In this document: positions 20,528 to 31,199 of the stretch, in pieces
Position numbering within the stretch: the stretch's first letter is position 1
How the letters are laid out: every line of letters begins with the position of its first letter
From: Pseudomonadota bacterium
GTDB lineage: Bacteria > Pseudomonadota > Alphaproteobacteria > Acetobacterales > Acetobacteraceae
Length of the DNA stretch: 64,000 nt
Direction: 5' to 3'
Assembly: GCA_021780035.1 (NCBI GenBank)
Contig: JAJXZO010000075.1
Span: 11,483 to 75,482 of the forward strand
Program-made: the position numbers and the translations under genes
Notes under the pieces: model-generated
Told to the model about the DNA's origin: nothing
The model's input: only the letters and a program-made list of their open reading frames with translations
The model's database searches: none

Positions 20528-21448
20528 GTGCTTGGCTACTTCTTGCGCAGGCTGGGCGGGACCATCCCGGTGCTGCTGGCGGTGTCGCTGTTCGCGTTCG
20601 GCTTCGTCCGCCTGCTTCCCGGAGATCCCGCCCGGCTGATCGCCGGGCCGGACGCCACGCTGCAGGACGTGCAGGCCGTGCGCGAACGGCTCGGCCTCGA
20701 CCAGCCGCTGTGGCAGCAGTACGTCCGCTATATGGCGAGCACGGTGCGCCTCTCGCTCGGCACCTCGGCGCGCAGCGGACAGCCGGTGCTCACCGAGATC
20801 GGCGAGCGCTTTATGCCCACCTTCAACCTCAGCGTCGTCGCCATGGTGTGGTCGTGCATCGTGGGGGTGGGATTGGGCGTGCTCTCCGGGGTGAAACGCG
20901 GCAACTGGATCGACCAGGGCAGCATGGTGGTGGCCGTCTCGGGCATCTCCTTTCCCTCCTTCTGGCTTGGGTTGCTGCTGATAGACCTTTGCAGCGTCCG
21001 CCTGGGCTGGCTGCCCACGGGCGGCGACCACGACTGGAAGAGCTACGTCATGCCGGCGTTCACGCTCGGGCTGCCGGCAGCGGCGGTGATGGCGCGCTTC
21101 ACCCGCTCGGCCTTCGTCGAGGTGGCGCAGGAAGACTATGTGCGTACCGCGCGCTCGAAGGGACTGCCCGAGCGTGTCGTCATCTGGCGGCACGCCTTCC
21201 GCAACGCGCTGATCCCGGTGCTTACCCTGGCCGGCCTGCAGTTCGGCTTTCTGCTCGGCGGCGCCATCGTCATCGAGACTGTGTTCTCATGGCCAGGTCT
21301 CGGCCGGCTGCTGGTGGAAAGCGTGAGCTACCGCGACTATCCGGTGATCCAGGCGGAAATTCTTCTCTTCTCCACCGAGTTCGTGCTCATCAACCTGTTG
21401 ATCGATCTGCTCTACGCGGTGGTTAACCCGGAGATCCGGCTGCGATGA
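20528..21448 (+). CDS. gsiC: ABC permease (GsiC/DppB-like)
   Basis: LLPGDPARL, GLDQPL, EAA-type loop QEDYVRTARSKGL, IETVFSWPGLG. Confidence 0.85.
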   Translation: MLGYFLRRLGGTIPVLLAVSLFAFGFVRLLPGDPARLIAGPDATLQDVQAVRERLGLDQPLWQQYVRYMASTVRLSLGTSARSGQPVLTEIGERFMPTFNLSVVAMVWSCIVGVGLGVLSGVKRGNWIDQGSMVVAVSGISFPSFWLGLLLIDLCSVRLGWLPTGGDHDWKSYVMPAFTLGLPAAAVMARFTRSAFVEVAQEDYVRTARSKGLPERVVIWRHAFRNALIPVLTLAGLQFGFLLGGAIVIETVFSWPGLGRLLVESVSYRDYPVIQAEILLFSTEFVLINLLIDLLYAVVNPEIRLR

Positions 21449-22320
21449 GCGCCACCACCGCCGGCGGGCGCGCCGGCTCCATCCACTCGCCGCTTGCCGA
21501 GTTCTGGCGCCGCTTCCGCCGCAAGCACATCGCTCTCGTCTCGGGAGCCGTGATCCTGCTGCTGGTGACCGCCTCCGTGGCGGCCCCTTTGATCGCTCCG
21601 TACGGGCCGGCGGTTCCCGACTACAACAACGTTCTCGCCGGGCCTTCGCTCGCGCATCTCTGCGGCACCGACACTTTCGGCCGCGACATCCTCAGCCGCA
21701 TTATATGGGGTGGGCGGATTTCGCTTTCGGTCGGCTTCATCTCCGTGGCCCTGGGCGGCCTCGTCGGCGTCGTCATGGGGCTGGTGAGCGGCTATTTCGG
21801 GGGCCTGATCGACAGCTTCTCCATGCGGCTGTGCGACGTGCTGCTCGCCTTCCCCGGTATCCTGCTCGCCATCGGCGTGGTCGCGGTGCTCGGCCCAGGC
21901 ATCGACAACGTGATTTACGCCGTGGCCGTGTTCAGCGTGCCGGTGTTCGCGCGCCTCGTGCGCGGCAGCACGCTCGCACTGAAGCAGACGCTCTACGTGC
22001 AGGCGGCGCGGAGTATCGGCGTCAGCCGCTTCAAGCTGATGTTCCAGCACATCCTGCCCGGCGCCCTGCCGGCGGTGATCGTCTATTTCTCGCTCCGCAT
22101 CGGCTCATCCATCCTGGTGGCGGCCTCGCTCAGCTTCATCGGCCTCGGCGCGCAGCCGCCGAGCCCGGAGTGGGGGGCGATGCTCGCCGACGGGCGGAGC
22201 TATCTCGGCGTCGCCGACCAGATGACGTTGTTCCCCGGGCTCGCCATCTTCATTACCGCGCTCGCCTTCAATCTGCTCGGCGACGGGCTCCGGGACGCGC
22301 TCGACCAGAAGCTGCGATGA
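21445..22320 (+). CDS. gsiD: ABC permease (GsiD/DppC-like)
   Basis: GTDTFGRDILSR, HILPGAL, SFIGLGAQPPSPEWGAML, LLGDGLRDALD. Confidence 0.85.
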   Translation: MSATTAGGRAGSIHSPLAEFWRRFRRKHIALVSGAVILLLVTASVAAPLIAPYGPAVPDYNNVLAGPSLAHLCGTDTFGRDILSRIIWGGRISLSVGFISVALGGLVGVVMGLVSGYFGGLIDSFSMRLCDVLLAFPGILLAIGVVAVLGPGIDNVIYAVAVFSVPVFARLVRGSTLALKQTLYVQAARSIGVSRFKLMFQHILPGALPAVIVYFSLRIGSSILVAASLSFIGLGAQPPSPEWGAMLADGRSYLGVADQMTLFPGLAIFITALAFNLLGDGLRDALDQKLR

Positions 22321-23351
22321 GGGCCCGCGATCTCGGCCTCGCCTGCGGCAGCCTTCCGCCAGGGCCGCGCAACACCATCGCCGACGTCAAAGGCGTGCGC
22401 GTCGGCCACGCAACGCTCTGCGAAGGGGACGTGCGCACGGGTGTGACTGCCATCGTACCGCAGCCCGGCAACCTGTTCGCGGAAAAGCTGCTGGCGGCCG
22501 CCGAGGTGCTGAACGGCTTCGGCAAAAGTATCGGCCTGATGCAAGTGGCCGAACTCGGGCAGTTGGAAACGCCGATCCTGCTCACCAACACGCTTTCCGT
22601 CGCCCCCTGCGCCGAGGCGCTGATCCGCCAGGCGATCGCCGCCAACCCCGGCATCGGCCGGCGCACCGGCACAGTGAACCCGGTGGTGTGCGAGTGCAAC
22701 GACGGCTACCTTTCCGACATCCAGGCGATGACGGTGACCACGGCCGACGCCGAGCGGGCGCTCGCCGCGGCGGGTGAGGAGTTTTCCCTCGGCGCTGTGG
22801 GTGCCGGCACTGGCATGAGCTGCTTCGGGCTGAAGGGCGGCATCGGCTCCGCCTCCCGCGTGCTCGCGCTGGACAAGGCGGACTACGCGCTCGGCGTATT
22901 GGTGCTGGCGAATTTCGGCCGTGCCGGCGATCTGCGGCTGGCCGACGGCAGGCTGCTCGCCGCCGGCCGCGATGCCGGCACTCCGGAAGCCGGCTCGGTG
23001 ATCGTGGTGGTGGCGACCGACGTGCCGCTCGACCACCGCCAGCTTCGCCGGGTGATCCGCCGCGCCGGGGTGGGCCTCGCGCGGTGCGGCAGTTTCTGGG
23101 GCAACGGCAGCGGTGACGTGTTCCTGGGCTTCACCACCGCGAACCGGATACCGCACGCGCCGAAGCGCGACATCCTGGAGATGCGCATCCTTGCCGAGGG
23201 ACGCATCGACCTGCTGTTCGCCGCCACCGCCGAGGCGACGCAGGAAGCGGTGCTCGACGCACTGGCTGCCGCCGAGTCGTGCGCGGGCTTCGCCGGCCAC
23301 CGTCGCCGGAGCCTGCGCGAACTGCTGAGCGGAAAGGGCAAGACCCCATGA
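22317..23351 (+). CDS. dmpA: DmpA-like P1/S58 aminopeptidase (L-aminopeptidase/D-esterase)
   Basis: VRVGHATL, NGFGKSIG, ECNDGYL, VGAGTGM, GGIGSASR, G|SVIVVVATD autoprocessing site, GSGDVF. Confidence 0.85.
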   Translation: MRARDLGLACGSLPPGPRNTIADVKGVRVGHATLCEGDVRTGVTAIVPQPGNLFAEKLLAAAEVLNGFGKSIGLMQVAELGQLETPILLTNTLSVAPCAEALIRQAIAANPGIGRRTGTVNPVVCECNDGYLSDIQAMTVTTADAERALAAAGEEFSLGAVGAGTGMSCFGLKGGIGSASRVLALDKADYALGVLVLANFGRAGDLRLADGRLLAAGRDAGTPEAGSVIVVVATDVPLDHRQLRRVIRRAGVGLARCGSFWGNGSGDVFLGFTTANRIPHAPKRDILEMRILAEGRIDLLFAATAEATQEAVLDALAAAESCAGFAGHRRRSLRELLSGKGKTP

Positions 23352-24166
23352 AGCTGTTCGTTTCCGCCGACATCGAGGGCGTGGCCGGGGTGGTCTCGCC
23401 GCTACAGGGCCAGGCGGGCAACGTCGAATACGAGCGCGCGCGCCGGCTGATGACCGAGGAGGTGAACGCCGCCATCGACGGCGCCTTCGCCGGCGGCGCC
23501 ACCGAGGTGCTGGTGAACGACAGCCACGGGCCGATGACCAACCTGCTGCCGGACCTGCTCGACACGCGGGCGGAGCTGATCAGCGGCCGCCCGAAGCCGC
23601 AGGGCATGTTCTGCGGCCTGGAACGCGGGCACGGTGGCGTGTTCTGTCTCGGCTACCACGCGGGCGCGGGCGGATTCGGCGTGCTGAGCCACACCACCAA
23701 CAGCTTTGCCTTCGCCAATGTGACGCTGAACGGCATCGCCTGCAACGAGGCCATCCTCTATGGCGCCTACGCCGGCGAACTCGGCGTGCCGGTACTGCTG
23801 CTTTCGGGATGCGACCAGCTCGCCGCCGAGTGCGCGCCGCACTTTCCCGCGGCGGCACGGGTGGTGGTGAAGCGGGCGCTCGGCCAGCGGGCGGCGCGGT
23901 CGGTGCATCCGCAACGGGCGCGCCAGATGCTCCGCGCCGCCGCCGAGGACGCCGTCTCACGAGCGAAAGCCTGCGCGCCCTTCGTCGTTCCCCGTCCCTG
24001 CCGCCTCGTGCTCGATCTCACCTTCGTAGCGCTCGCCGACCTCGCCGCCACCATCCCGGTGGCCGAGCGCACCGGCCCGCGCACGGTCGCATTCACCGCC
24101 GAAGGCGTGGCGGCAGCGCTCGGCTGGGTGAACACGGTCTCGGCCCTTTCCGCTCTGTTGCGCTGA
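23348..24166 (+). CDS. dppA: M55 D-aminopeptidase (DppA-like)
   Basis: SADIEGVAG, VNDSHG, LGYHAG, LSHT. Confidence 0.88.
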   Translation: MKLFVSADIEGVAGVVSPLQGQAGNVEYERARRLMTEEVNAAIDGAFAGGATEVLVNDSHGPMTNLLPDLLDTRAELISGRPKPQGMFCGLERGHGGVFCLGYHAGAGGFGVLSHTTNSFAFANVTLNGIACNEAILYGAYAGELGVPVLLLSGCDQLAAECAPHFPAAARVVVKRALGQRAARSVHPQRARQMLRAAAEDAVSRAKACAPFVVPRPCRLVLDLTFVALADLAATIPVAERTGPRTVAFTAEGVAAALGWVNTVSALSALLR

Positions 24167-24178
24167 AGGATTTTTCGC

Positions 24179-25120
24179 ATGTCGTTCTCTCTCGTCGTCC
24201 ACGGCGGCGCCGGCACCATGAAGCCCGGCACCATGACCCCCGAAATGGAGGCAAGCCACCATCGCGGGCTGCGCGTGGTGCTGCGCGCGGGCTATGCGGT
24301 ACTGGCGGCCGGCGGCTCGGCGCTCGACGCGGTGACGGCGGCGGTGATGGCGCTCGAGGACGATCCGCAGTTCAACGCTGGCCGCGGCGCCGTGTTCACC
24401 TCCGGCGGGCGGCAGGAGATGGACGCCGCGGTGATGGACGGCGCCAGCCACGCCGCCGGCGCGGTGGCCGGCATTATCGGGCCGCGCAACCCGGTGATGG
24501 CGGCGCGCGCGGTGATGGAAAGCTCCGAGCACGTGCTGCTGATGGGCGAGGGAGCGCTCGCCTTCCTGCGCGAGCAGAACCTCGCCTGGGAGGAACCCGG
24601 CTACTTCTTCACCGAGTCGCGCTGGAAGGCGCTGCAGACCGAACTCGACCGGCGGCGCCTGAGCGCCGAGGACACCCGCGACGCCGCCGCGAAGCACGGC
24701 ACGGTGGGAGCGGCGGCGCGCGACGCCAACGGCCACGTGGCCGCCGCCACCTCCACGGGCGGCATGACCGGCAAGGCGCCGGGCCGGGTGGGCGATTGCC
24801 CGGTCTTCGGCGCCGGCACCTGGGCCGACGACGCCACCTGCGCCATCTCCTGCACCGGCCACGGCGAATTCTTCATCCGCTGGGGCGCGGCGCACGAGAT
24901 CTCCGCACGCATGCGCCTCGGCGGCCAGTCGCTCGAGCAGGCGGCCGAAGCGGTGATGGCCGAACTTGGAGAGCGGGGCGGCAACGGCGGGCTGATCGCG
25001 GTCGATGCGGCGGGCAACGTCTCCATGCCGTTCAACTCGGCAGGCATGTACCGAGGCCGCATCGGCCCCGACGGCGTGCCGTGGACCGGAATCTACCGCG
25101 AAGCGTTGCGCGGCGAGTAG
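24179..25120 (+). CDS. iaaA: Isoaspartyl peptidase / L-asparaginase (Ntn hydrolase)
   Basis: VHGGAG, FNAGRG, G|TVGAAARD nucleophile Thr, ATSTGG, GRVGD, TGHGE. Confidence 0.92.
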   Translation: MSFSLVVHGGAGTMKPGTMTPEMEASHHRGLRVVLRAGYAVLAAGGSALDAVTAAVMALEDDPQFNAGRGAVFTSGGRQEMDAAVMDGASHAAGAVAGIIGPRNPVMAARAVMESSEHVLLMGEGALAFLREQNLAWEEPGYFFTESRWKALQTELDRRRLSAEDTRDAAAKHGTVGAAARDANGHVAAATSTGGMTGKAPGRVGDCPVFGAGTWADDATCAISCTGHGEFFIRWGAAHEISARMRLGGQSLEQAAEAVMAELGERGGNGGLIAVDAAGNVSMPFNSAGMYRGRIGPDGVPWTGIYREALRGE

Positions 25121-25221
25121 GCGAGACCTGCCCGCGAGGCGGTTGCAGCGGCTGGACAAGGCCGCTAACCGTCCTCGGGGGTACCGTCAGTGGGACGGAC
25201 CGGAACGGGAGAATTCGAGTC

Positions 25222-26247
25222 ATGGCGTACAGGGTCGCGGTCGTCGGTGCCACCGGGGCAGTCGGGCGCGAAATGCTGAAGACCCTGGCGCAGCGAAAGT
25301 TTCCCGTGACGGAAGTGGCGGCGGTGGCCTCCGGGCGCACCGCCGGCCAGCAGGTGAGCTACGGCGACAAGGTGCTCACCGTGCAGAACCTCGACCACTT
25401 CGACTTCACCGGCTGGGATATCGGGCTGTTCAGCCCCGGCGCCTCCATCTCGGCGGTGCACGCGCCGCGCGCGGCCTCCCAGGGCTGCATCGTCATCGAC
25501 AACACGAGCCAGTTCCGCATGGAACCGGACGTGCCGCTGGTGGTGCCGGAAGTGAACCCCGAAGCTCTCGAACAGGTGAAGCGCGGCATCATCGCCAACC
25601 CGAACTGCTCCACCATCCAGATGGTGGTGGCGCTGAAGCCGCTGCACCGGCACTTCAAGGTGAAGCGCGTGGTGGTGGCCACCTACCAGTCCGTTTCCGG
25701 CGCCGGCAAGGAAGCGATGGACGAGTTGGAGGCGCAGACCAAGGCCACCTACGTGAACGATCTGATCACGCCCGAGCAGTTCACCAAGCGCATCGCCTTC
25801 AACGTCATCCCGCACATCGACCGCTTCATGGACGACGGCTCCACCAAGGAAGAGTGGAAGATGACGGCGGAGACAAAGAAAATCCTCGATCCCGACATCG
25901 CGGTGATCGCCACCTGCGTGCGCGTGCCGGTGTTCATCGGCCACGGCGAGGCGGTTCACATCGAATGCGAGCGGCCCGTCACCGCGGAAGCCGCGCGCGA
26001 GGCGCTGCGCGGCGCGCGCGGTGTGGTGGTGTACGACCGGCGCGAGGACGGCGGCTACATCACGCCGTTCGAGTGCCAGGGCGAAGACGCCACCTACGTC
26101 AGCCGCATCCGCGTCGATCCGACGGTGCCGCACGGGCTCGCCTTCTGGTGCGTCTCCGACAACCTGCGCAAGGGCGCGGCGCTGAACGCGGTGCAGATCG
26201 CCGAGGAAATGATCGCACGCAAACTTCTGCCGGCGCACGCGGGCTGA
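25222..26247 (+). CDS. asd: Aspartate-semialdehyde dehydrogenase
   Basis: VAVVGATGAVG, IANPNCST, TYQSVSGAG, CVRVPV, SDNLRKGAALNAVQIAE. Confidence 0.97.
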   Translation: MAYRVAVVGATGAVGREMLKTLAQRKFPVTEVAAVASGRTAGQQVSYGDKVLTVQNLDHFDFTGWDIGLFSPGASISAVHAPRAASQGCIVIDNTSQFRMEPDVPLVVPEVNPEALEQVKRGIIANPNCSTIQMVVALKPLHRHFKVKRVVVATYQSVSGAGKEAMDELEAQTKATYVNDLITPEQFTKRIAFNVIPHIDRFMDDGSTKEEWKMTAETKKILDPDIAVIATCVRVPVFIGHGEAVHIECERPVTAEAAREALRGARGVVVYDRREDGGYITPFECQGEDATYVSRIRVDPTVPHGLAFWCVSDNLRKGAALNAVQIAEEMIARKLLPAHAG

Positions 26248-26376
26248 AGCGCGATCACGCCACGTTGACCGCACAGCCGGCGGGGAGTATTGCGAAACGG
26301 TAAGGCGGCGGGCCATCGGCTGCGAAAGAAGAGCGTGGCCACGCCGCACTACCGGGGGAAGGAGCGCTGAAGACCG

Positions 26377-26799
26377 ATGACCGATATCCGCGATGCCCAG
26401 AGAATCGGCCGCGCGAGCGACGGACGGCTGATTGAGCGGCCGCTCTCCGGACACCTTTCGGTCTACATCAATTTCGACATGGTGATGTCGGTAGGCCACA
26501 GGGTGACTGGTTGCGCCATCGCCGTCGGCACTATCGTCATGGTGTGGTTCCTAGTGGCGCTGGCGTCCGGCCCGGCGGCCTACGACACGTTCTCTTGGTG
26601 GATGCGCACGCCGATCGGCTACCTCGCGCTGTTCGGCTGGAGCGCGGCGCTCTGGTACCATTACTGCGTCGGCGTCCGCCACCTGATCTGGGACAGCGGG
26701 CGGATGTACGACAAGCACGTGGTGGAACGCTCGAACCTCGTCATTCTCGCCGCCACCGCCGTACTGGTCGTGCTCACCTGGCTCGTGGTGCTGGCCTAG
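26377..26799 (+). CDS. sdhC: Succinate dehydrogenase cytochrome b556 subunit
   Basis: RPLSGHL, HRVTG, H...GVRHLIWD; three TM segments. Confidence 0.92.
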   Translation: MTDIRDAQRIGRASDGRLIERPLSGHLSVYINFDMVMSVGHRVTGCAIAVGTIVMVWFLVALASGPAAYDTFSWWMRTPIGYLALFGWSAALWYHYCVGVRHLIWDSGRMYDKHVVERSNLVILAATAVLVVLTWLVVLA

Positions 26800-26816
26800 G
26801 AACGGGAGAAGCCGCA

Positions 26817-27224
26817 ATGGCCGACGCGAAGAATCTCAAGATCGACATCATGCGCTCGTTCCTGGGCCGCGCCCGCGGTCTGGGTTCGGTGAACGACGGC
26901 TTCAATTTCTGGTGGATGCAGCGGCTGACCTCGATCGCCTTGGTGCCGCTCGCCGTGTGGTTCATCTTCTCGGTGGCGCATCTCGCGGGCGCGCCCTACG
27001 CCGAAGCCCGCGCCTGGGCGAGCGGACCGGTGCACGCCACGCTGTTGCTCGCCCTGATCGCTGTGGTGTTCCAGCACATGCACCTCGGCATCCAGGTGGT
27101 CGCCGAAGACTACGTGCACACGGACTGGATCAGGACGACGCTGGTCCTGGCAGTGAAGGCGGCGAGCCTGCTGCTGGCCCTGGCTGCGGTCATCGCCGTG
27201 CTGAAACTCGCCATCACCGGATGA
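26817..27224 (+). CDS. sdhD: Succinate dehydrogenase membrane anchor
   Basis: [29 protein letters not shown]. Confidence 0.92.
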   Translation: MADAKNLKIDIMRSFLGRARGLGSVNDGFNFWWMQRLTSIALVPLAVWFIFSVAHLAGAPYAEARAWASGPVHATLLLALIAVVFQHMHLGIQVVAEDYVHTDWIRTTLVLAVKAASLLLALAAVIAVLKLAITG

Positions 27225-27291
27225 CGCCGCCCGGGCGCTGCACAGGCCCCAGGCGGCAAACCAGATCCAGGCCCTATCGGACGGACCAACG

Positions 27292-29106
27292 ATGAACGCG
27301 ATGAGCAAACCTTCCTTCGGTGCCTACACGGTAGTGGACCACACCTACGATGCGGTGGTGGTCGGGGCCGGCGGCGCCGGGCTGCGCGCCACCCTCGGCC
27401 TCGGCGCGGCCGGCCTCCGTACCGCCTGCGTGACCAAGGTGTTCCCTACCCGCAGCCACACGGTGGCGGCGCAGGGCGGCGTGAGCGCCTCGCTCGCCAA
27501 TCTCGGCGACGACAACTGGCGCTGGCACATGTACGACACCGTGAAGGGGTCGGACTGGCTGGGTGACCAGGACGCCATCGAATACATGTGTCGCCAGGCG
27601 GTGCCGGCGGTCTACGAGCTGGAACACTACGGCGTACCGTTCAGCCGCACCGAGGAAGGCAAGATCTTCCAGCGCCCGTTCGGCGGCCACATGACCGAAT
27701 TCGGCAAGGGCCCGCCCGCCCGCCGCGCCTGCGCCGCCGCCGACCGCACCGGCCACGCCATCCTGCACGCGCTCTACCAGCAGTCGCTTCGGCACAACGT
27801 CGAGTTCTTCGTCGAATACTTCGCGCTCGACCTCATCATGGACGAGGCCGGCGTCTGCCGCGGCGTGATCGCCTGGAACCTCGAGGACGGCGTCATCCAC
27901 CGCTTCCGGGCGCAGATGGTGATTCTCGCCACCGGCGGCTATGGCCGCGCTTTCCTGTCCTGCACCTCGGCGCACACCTGCACGGGCGACGGCACCGCCA
28001 TGGTGCTGCGCGCCGGCCTGCCCTGCCAGGACATGGAGTTCGTGCAGTTCCACCCCACCGGCATCTTCCCCGCCGGCTGCCTCATCACCGAGGGCGCGCG
28101 CGGCGAGGGCGGCTACCTCACCAACTCCGAAGGCGAGCGCTTCATGGAACGCTACGCCCCGAGCGCCAAGGATCTCGCCTCGCGCGATGTGGTGTCGCGC
28201 TCGATGACCATCGAGATCAACGCCGGGCGCGGCTGCGGGCCCGACAAGAACTACATCCTGCTGCACCTCGAGCATCTCGGCGCCGAACTGCTGCACGAGC
28301 GGCTGCCTGGCATCAGCGAGACGGCGCACATCTTCGCCGGCGTCGACGTGACGAAGGAGCCGATCCCCGTGCTGCCGACCGTCCACTACAACATGGGCGG
28401 CGTCCCCACCAACATCCACGGCGAGGTGCTTCGCCCGACAAAGGACGATCCCGACGCGGTGGTGCCGGGGCTGATGGCCGTGGGTGAGGCCGCCTGCGTT
28501 TCCGTGCACGGCGCCAACCGCCTCGGCTGCAATTCGCTGCTCGACATCGTCGTGTTCGGCCGCGCGGCGGCGCTCCGCTGCGCCGAGATCCTGAAGCCGG
28601 ACGCGAAGCAGTCGCCGCTGCCGGCGGGCGCCGGCGAAGCGGCGCTCGACAACTTCGACGCCACCCGCAACGCCAAGGGCGGCACGCCGGTCGCGGCGCT
28701 CCGCCTCGAGATGCAGAGCACCATGCAGGCGCACGCCGCGGTGTTCCGCAACAGCCAGAGCCTGAGCGAGGGTGTGGCGAAGATGGGCGATGTCTGGAAG
28801 AAGCAGGCGGACATCGCGCTTTCCGACCACAGCGTCATCTGGAACTCCGACCTGATGGAGGCGCTGGAGTTGCAGAACCTGATGCAGAACGCCATGACCA
28901 CCATCGTCGGCGCCGAGGCCCGTCACGAAAGCCGGGGCGCGCAGGCGCACGACGACTACCCGGAGCGCGACGACGCGAACTGGATGAAGCACACGCTGGC
29001 CTGGTGCGGCGGGGACGGCCAGGTACGTCTGGAGTACCGGCCGGTGAAGATGCGGACCCTGACCGACGAGGTGTCGGTCATCCCACCGCAGAAGCGCGTG
29101 TACTGA
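27292..29106 (+). CDS. sdhA: Succinate dehydrogenase flavoprotein
   Basis: [18 protein letters not shown] (FAD-His), [28 protein letters not shown]. Confidence 0.98.
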   Translation: MNAMSKPSFGAYTVVDHTYDAVVVGAGGAGLRATLGLGAAGLRTACVTKVFPTRSHTVAAQGGVSASLANLGDDNWRWHMYDTVKGSDWLGDQDAIEYMCRQAVPAVYELEHYGVPFSRTEEGKIFQRPFGGHMTEFGKGPPARRACAAADRTGHAILHALYQQSLRHNVEFFVEYFALDLIMDEAGVCRGVIAWNLEDGVIHRFRAQMVILATGGYGRAFLSCTSAHTCTGDGTAMVLRAGLPCQDMEFVQFHPTGIFPAGCLITEGARGEGGYLTNSEGERFMERYAPSAKDLASRDVVSRSMTIEINAGRGCGPDKNYILLHLEHLGAELLHERLPGISETAHIFAGVDVTKEPIPVLPTVHYNMGGVPTNIHGEVLRPTKDDPDAVVPGLMAVGEAACVSVHGANRLGCNSLLDIVVFGRAAALRCAEILKPDAKQSPLPAGAGEAALDNFDATRNAKGGTPVAALRLEMQSTMQAHAAVFRNSQSLSEGVAKMGDVWKKQADIALSDHSVIWNSDLMEALELQNLMQNAMTTIVGAEARHESRGAQAHDDYPERDDANWMKHTLAWCGGDGQVRLEYRPVKMRTLTDEVSVIPPQKRVY

Positions 29107-29124
29107 GCGGAAGGACGGCGCCAG

Positions 29125-29925
29125 ATGGTCGAAGCCAAGCGGTTCTTTGCGGATCTTCCTCCCCGCAGCCGGCCGAAGCCCGGCAAGGTCTGGAAGGCGC
29201 CCGCCGGTGCGATGCGGGTACGGAATTTCGAGATCTACCGCTGGGACCCCGACGCCGGCGGCAACCCGCGCGTCGACACCTACGAGATCGACCTCGACCA
29301 GTGCGGGCCGATGGTTCTGGATGCGCTGATCAAGATCAAGAACGAGATCGACCCGACGCTGACCTTCCGCCGCTCCTGCCGCGAGGGCGTGTGCGGCAGT
29401 TGCGCCATGAACATCGACGGCGTCAACGCGCTGGCCTGCCTGAAGGCTATCAAGGACATCAAGCGGCCGACGGTGAAGGTGAACCCGCTGCCGCACCTGC
29501 CGGTGATCAAGGACCTGATCCCCGACCTGTCCCTCGCCTACGCGCAACTCCGCAGCGTCGAGCCGTGGCTGAAGGCCGACACCCCGCCGCCGCCCGACGG
29601 CGAGCGCCTGCAGAGCCGCGCCGAGCGCGCCAAGCTCGACGGGCTGTGGGAGTGCATCCTCTGCTTCTGCTGCTCCACCTCCTGCCCCAGCTACTGGTGG
29701 AACGGCGACCGCTACCTCGGCCCGGCGTCGCTGCTCGCCGCGTGGCGCTGGATCTCCGATAGCCGCGACGAGGCGACCGGAGAGCGGCTCGACGCGCTCA
29801 AGGATCCGTTCAAGCTCTACCGCTGCCACACCATCTTCAACTGCACCCAGGCCTGCCCGAAGAACCTGAATCCGGCGCAGGCGATCGGCGAGATGAAGCT
29901 CGCCGTGCTGGCACGCGAAGGCTGA
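29125..29925 (+). CDS. sdhB: Succinate dehydrogenase iron-sulfur subunit
   Basis: [36 protein letters not shown]. Confidence 0.98.
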   Translation: MVEAKRFFADLPPRSRPKPGKVWKAPAGAMRVRNFEIYRWDPDAGGNPRVDTYEIDLDQCGPMVLDALIKIKNEIDPTLTFRRSCREGVCGSCAMNIDGVNALACLKAIKDIKRPTVKVNPLPHLPVIKDLIPDLSLAYAQLRSVEPWLKADTPPPPDGERLQSRAERAKLDGLWECILCFCCSTSCPSYWWNGDRYLGPASLLAAWRWISDSRDEATGERLDALKDPFKLYRCHTIFNCTQACPKNLNPAQAIGEMKLAVLAREG

Positions 29926-29981
29926 ACATCGCCACACCCGGCCCCGGTGCCTGGGCGGAGTGTCTGCTCGCCGATGCGGGG

Positions 29982-30569
29982 TTGCTGCGCTGCTTTTGGT
30001 CCAACGCGGCCGAGGTCATTCCCGGGCAGCTGTATCGCGCCAACCATCCCACGCCGGGCGGGCTCGCGCGCCTCGTCCGGCGTTGGGGCATTCGCTCCGT
30101 CGTCAATCTGCGCGGGGAAAAGCCGTGCGGATCCACCACCCTTTCGGTGGCGGCCGCGGAACGCCTTGGCCTCGAGCACCGTTTCCTCCCCTTCGAGAGC
30201 CGTGGCGCGCCACATGCCGAGCGCATCCTCCGCTTCCACGCCCTCTACCGCGACCTGCCGCCGCCGCTGCTGGTCCACTGCAAGTCGGGCGCCGACCGGG
30301 CGGGACTCGCCTCCGGGCTCGCGCTGCTGTTCGAGGGCGGGACTGCAGCGATGGCGGCGCGGCAGCTTTCCTGGCGCTTCGGCCATGTCCGCCAGGGCCC
30401 GGCCGGCGTGCTGGACGCGTTCTTCGCCCTCTATGCCGAGGAAGCGGAAGGCCGTACCGGCTTTCTCGACTGGGTGGCGCGCGTTTATAATGAGCGCGCA
30501 CTGCGGCAGCGATTCACCGCCGGCCAGCTCGGCGCCTTCCTCAACGAGTGGCTGCTGCACCGGGAATAG
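29982..30569 (+). CDS. Cys-based protein tyrosine/dual-specificity phosphatase family protein
   Basis: LYRANHP, VVNLRG, intact CX5R loop HCKSGADR. True start is probably further upstream (see findings). Confidence 0.85.
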   Translation: MLRCFWSNAAEVIPGQLYRANHPTPGGLARLVRRWGIRSVVNLRGEKPCGSTTLSVAAAERLGLEHRFLPFESRGAPHAERILRFHALYRDLPPPLLVHCKSGADRAGLASGLALLFEGGTAAMAARQLSWRFGHVRQGPAGVLDAFFALYAEEAEGRTGFLDWVARVYNERALRQRFTAGQLGAFLNEWLLHRE

Positions 30570-30630
30570 CGGCGGCGCCGCGATGCCAAGCCGCGTTCGC
30601 AGCGCCCGCAGGTTTTGCTAGAGTGGGTCC

Positions 30631-31143
30631 ATGACGCTGCCGTTGTCGTTACCGGACTGGCTGCCGTGGTGGGTGCCGCTTGCGGTGTTGGCGCCGCTGC
30701 TGCTCTACCTGCTGGTGTTCCTGCTGATGCCCTTCAGCGTGTTCGGACTGAAGAGCCGGCTCGACATCCTTGAAGCCCAGCTCGACGCGATCCACCAAGA
30801 ACTGCGCGCCCTCGCGGCCCGGCAGCCACCGGGGCGGCGCGAGGAGGTTGACTGGCCGGAGCCCGCGCCACCGGTGCCGCGGCGCCCGGAACGCCCCGCC
30901 GAGGATCGGCCTTTACGCCCGCCCGTGCCACCGCGGCCCTTCCAGGTGCCGCGCCGCAGCCCGCTCGACGCGCCGCCGCCGGGCGCCGTTGAGCCGGAAC
31001 CTCCGCCGCCGCGCGCGCCGGTCGAACCGGAATTGCCCGCCGCGCCCGAAGTGGCCCCCGCCAGCGCCACCCCATACCGGCGGCCGCTGTTGCGCCCCAC
31101 CCGGACCGAGCGGAGCGAACCGCGACTCGACTGGCCACGCTAA
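30631..31143 (+). CDS. Hypothetical membrane-anchored protein with Pro-rich tail
   Basis: LPDWLPWWVPL, TM segment, PFSVFGLKSRLD coiled coil, Pro/Arg-rich region, C-terminal RSEPRLDWPR. Confidence 0.75.
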   Translation: MTLPLSLPDWLPWWVPLAVLAPLLLYLLVFLLMPFSVFGLKSRLDILEAQLDAIHQELRALAARQPPGRREEVDWPEPAPPVPRRPERPAEDRPLRPPVPPRPFQVPRRSPLDAPPPGAVEPEPPPPRAPVEPELPAAPEVAPASATPYRRPLLRPTRTERSEPRLDWPR

Positions 31144-31199
31144 GCGGCGGCTGCTAGCCTGCGGCGGGTGGCCCGAAGGCCAACCCAGGGAGAAATCCG

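Noticed and set aside
25138-25172. Hairpin upstream of asd as a possible riboswitch or attenuator
   Set aside because: GC-rich stems are expected by chance; the 100-nt gap is too short for a lysine riboswitch and has no leader peptide or U-tract.
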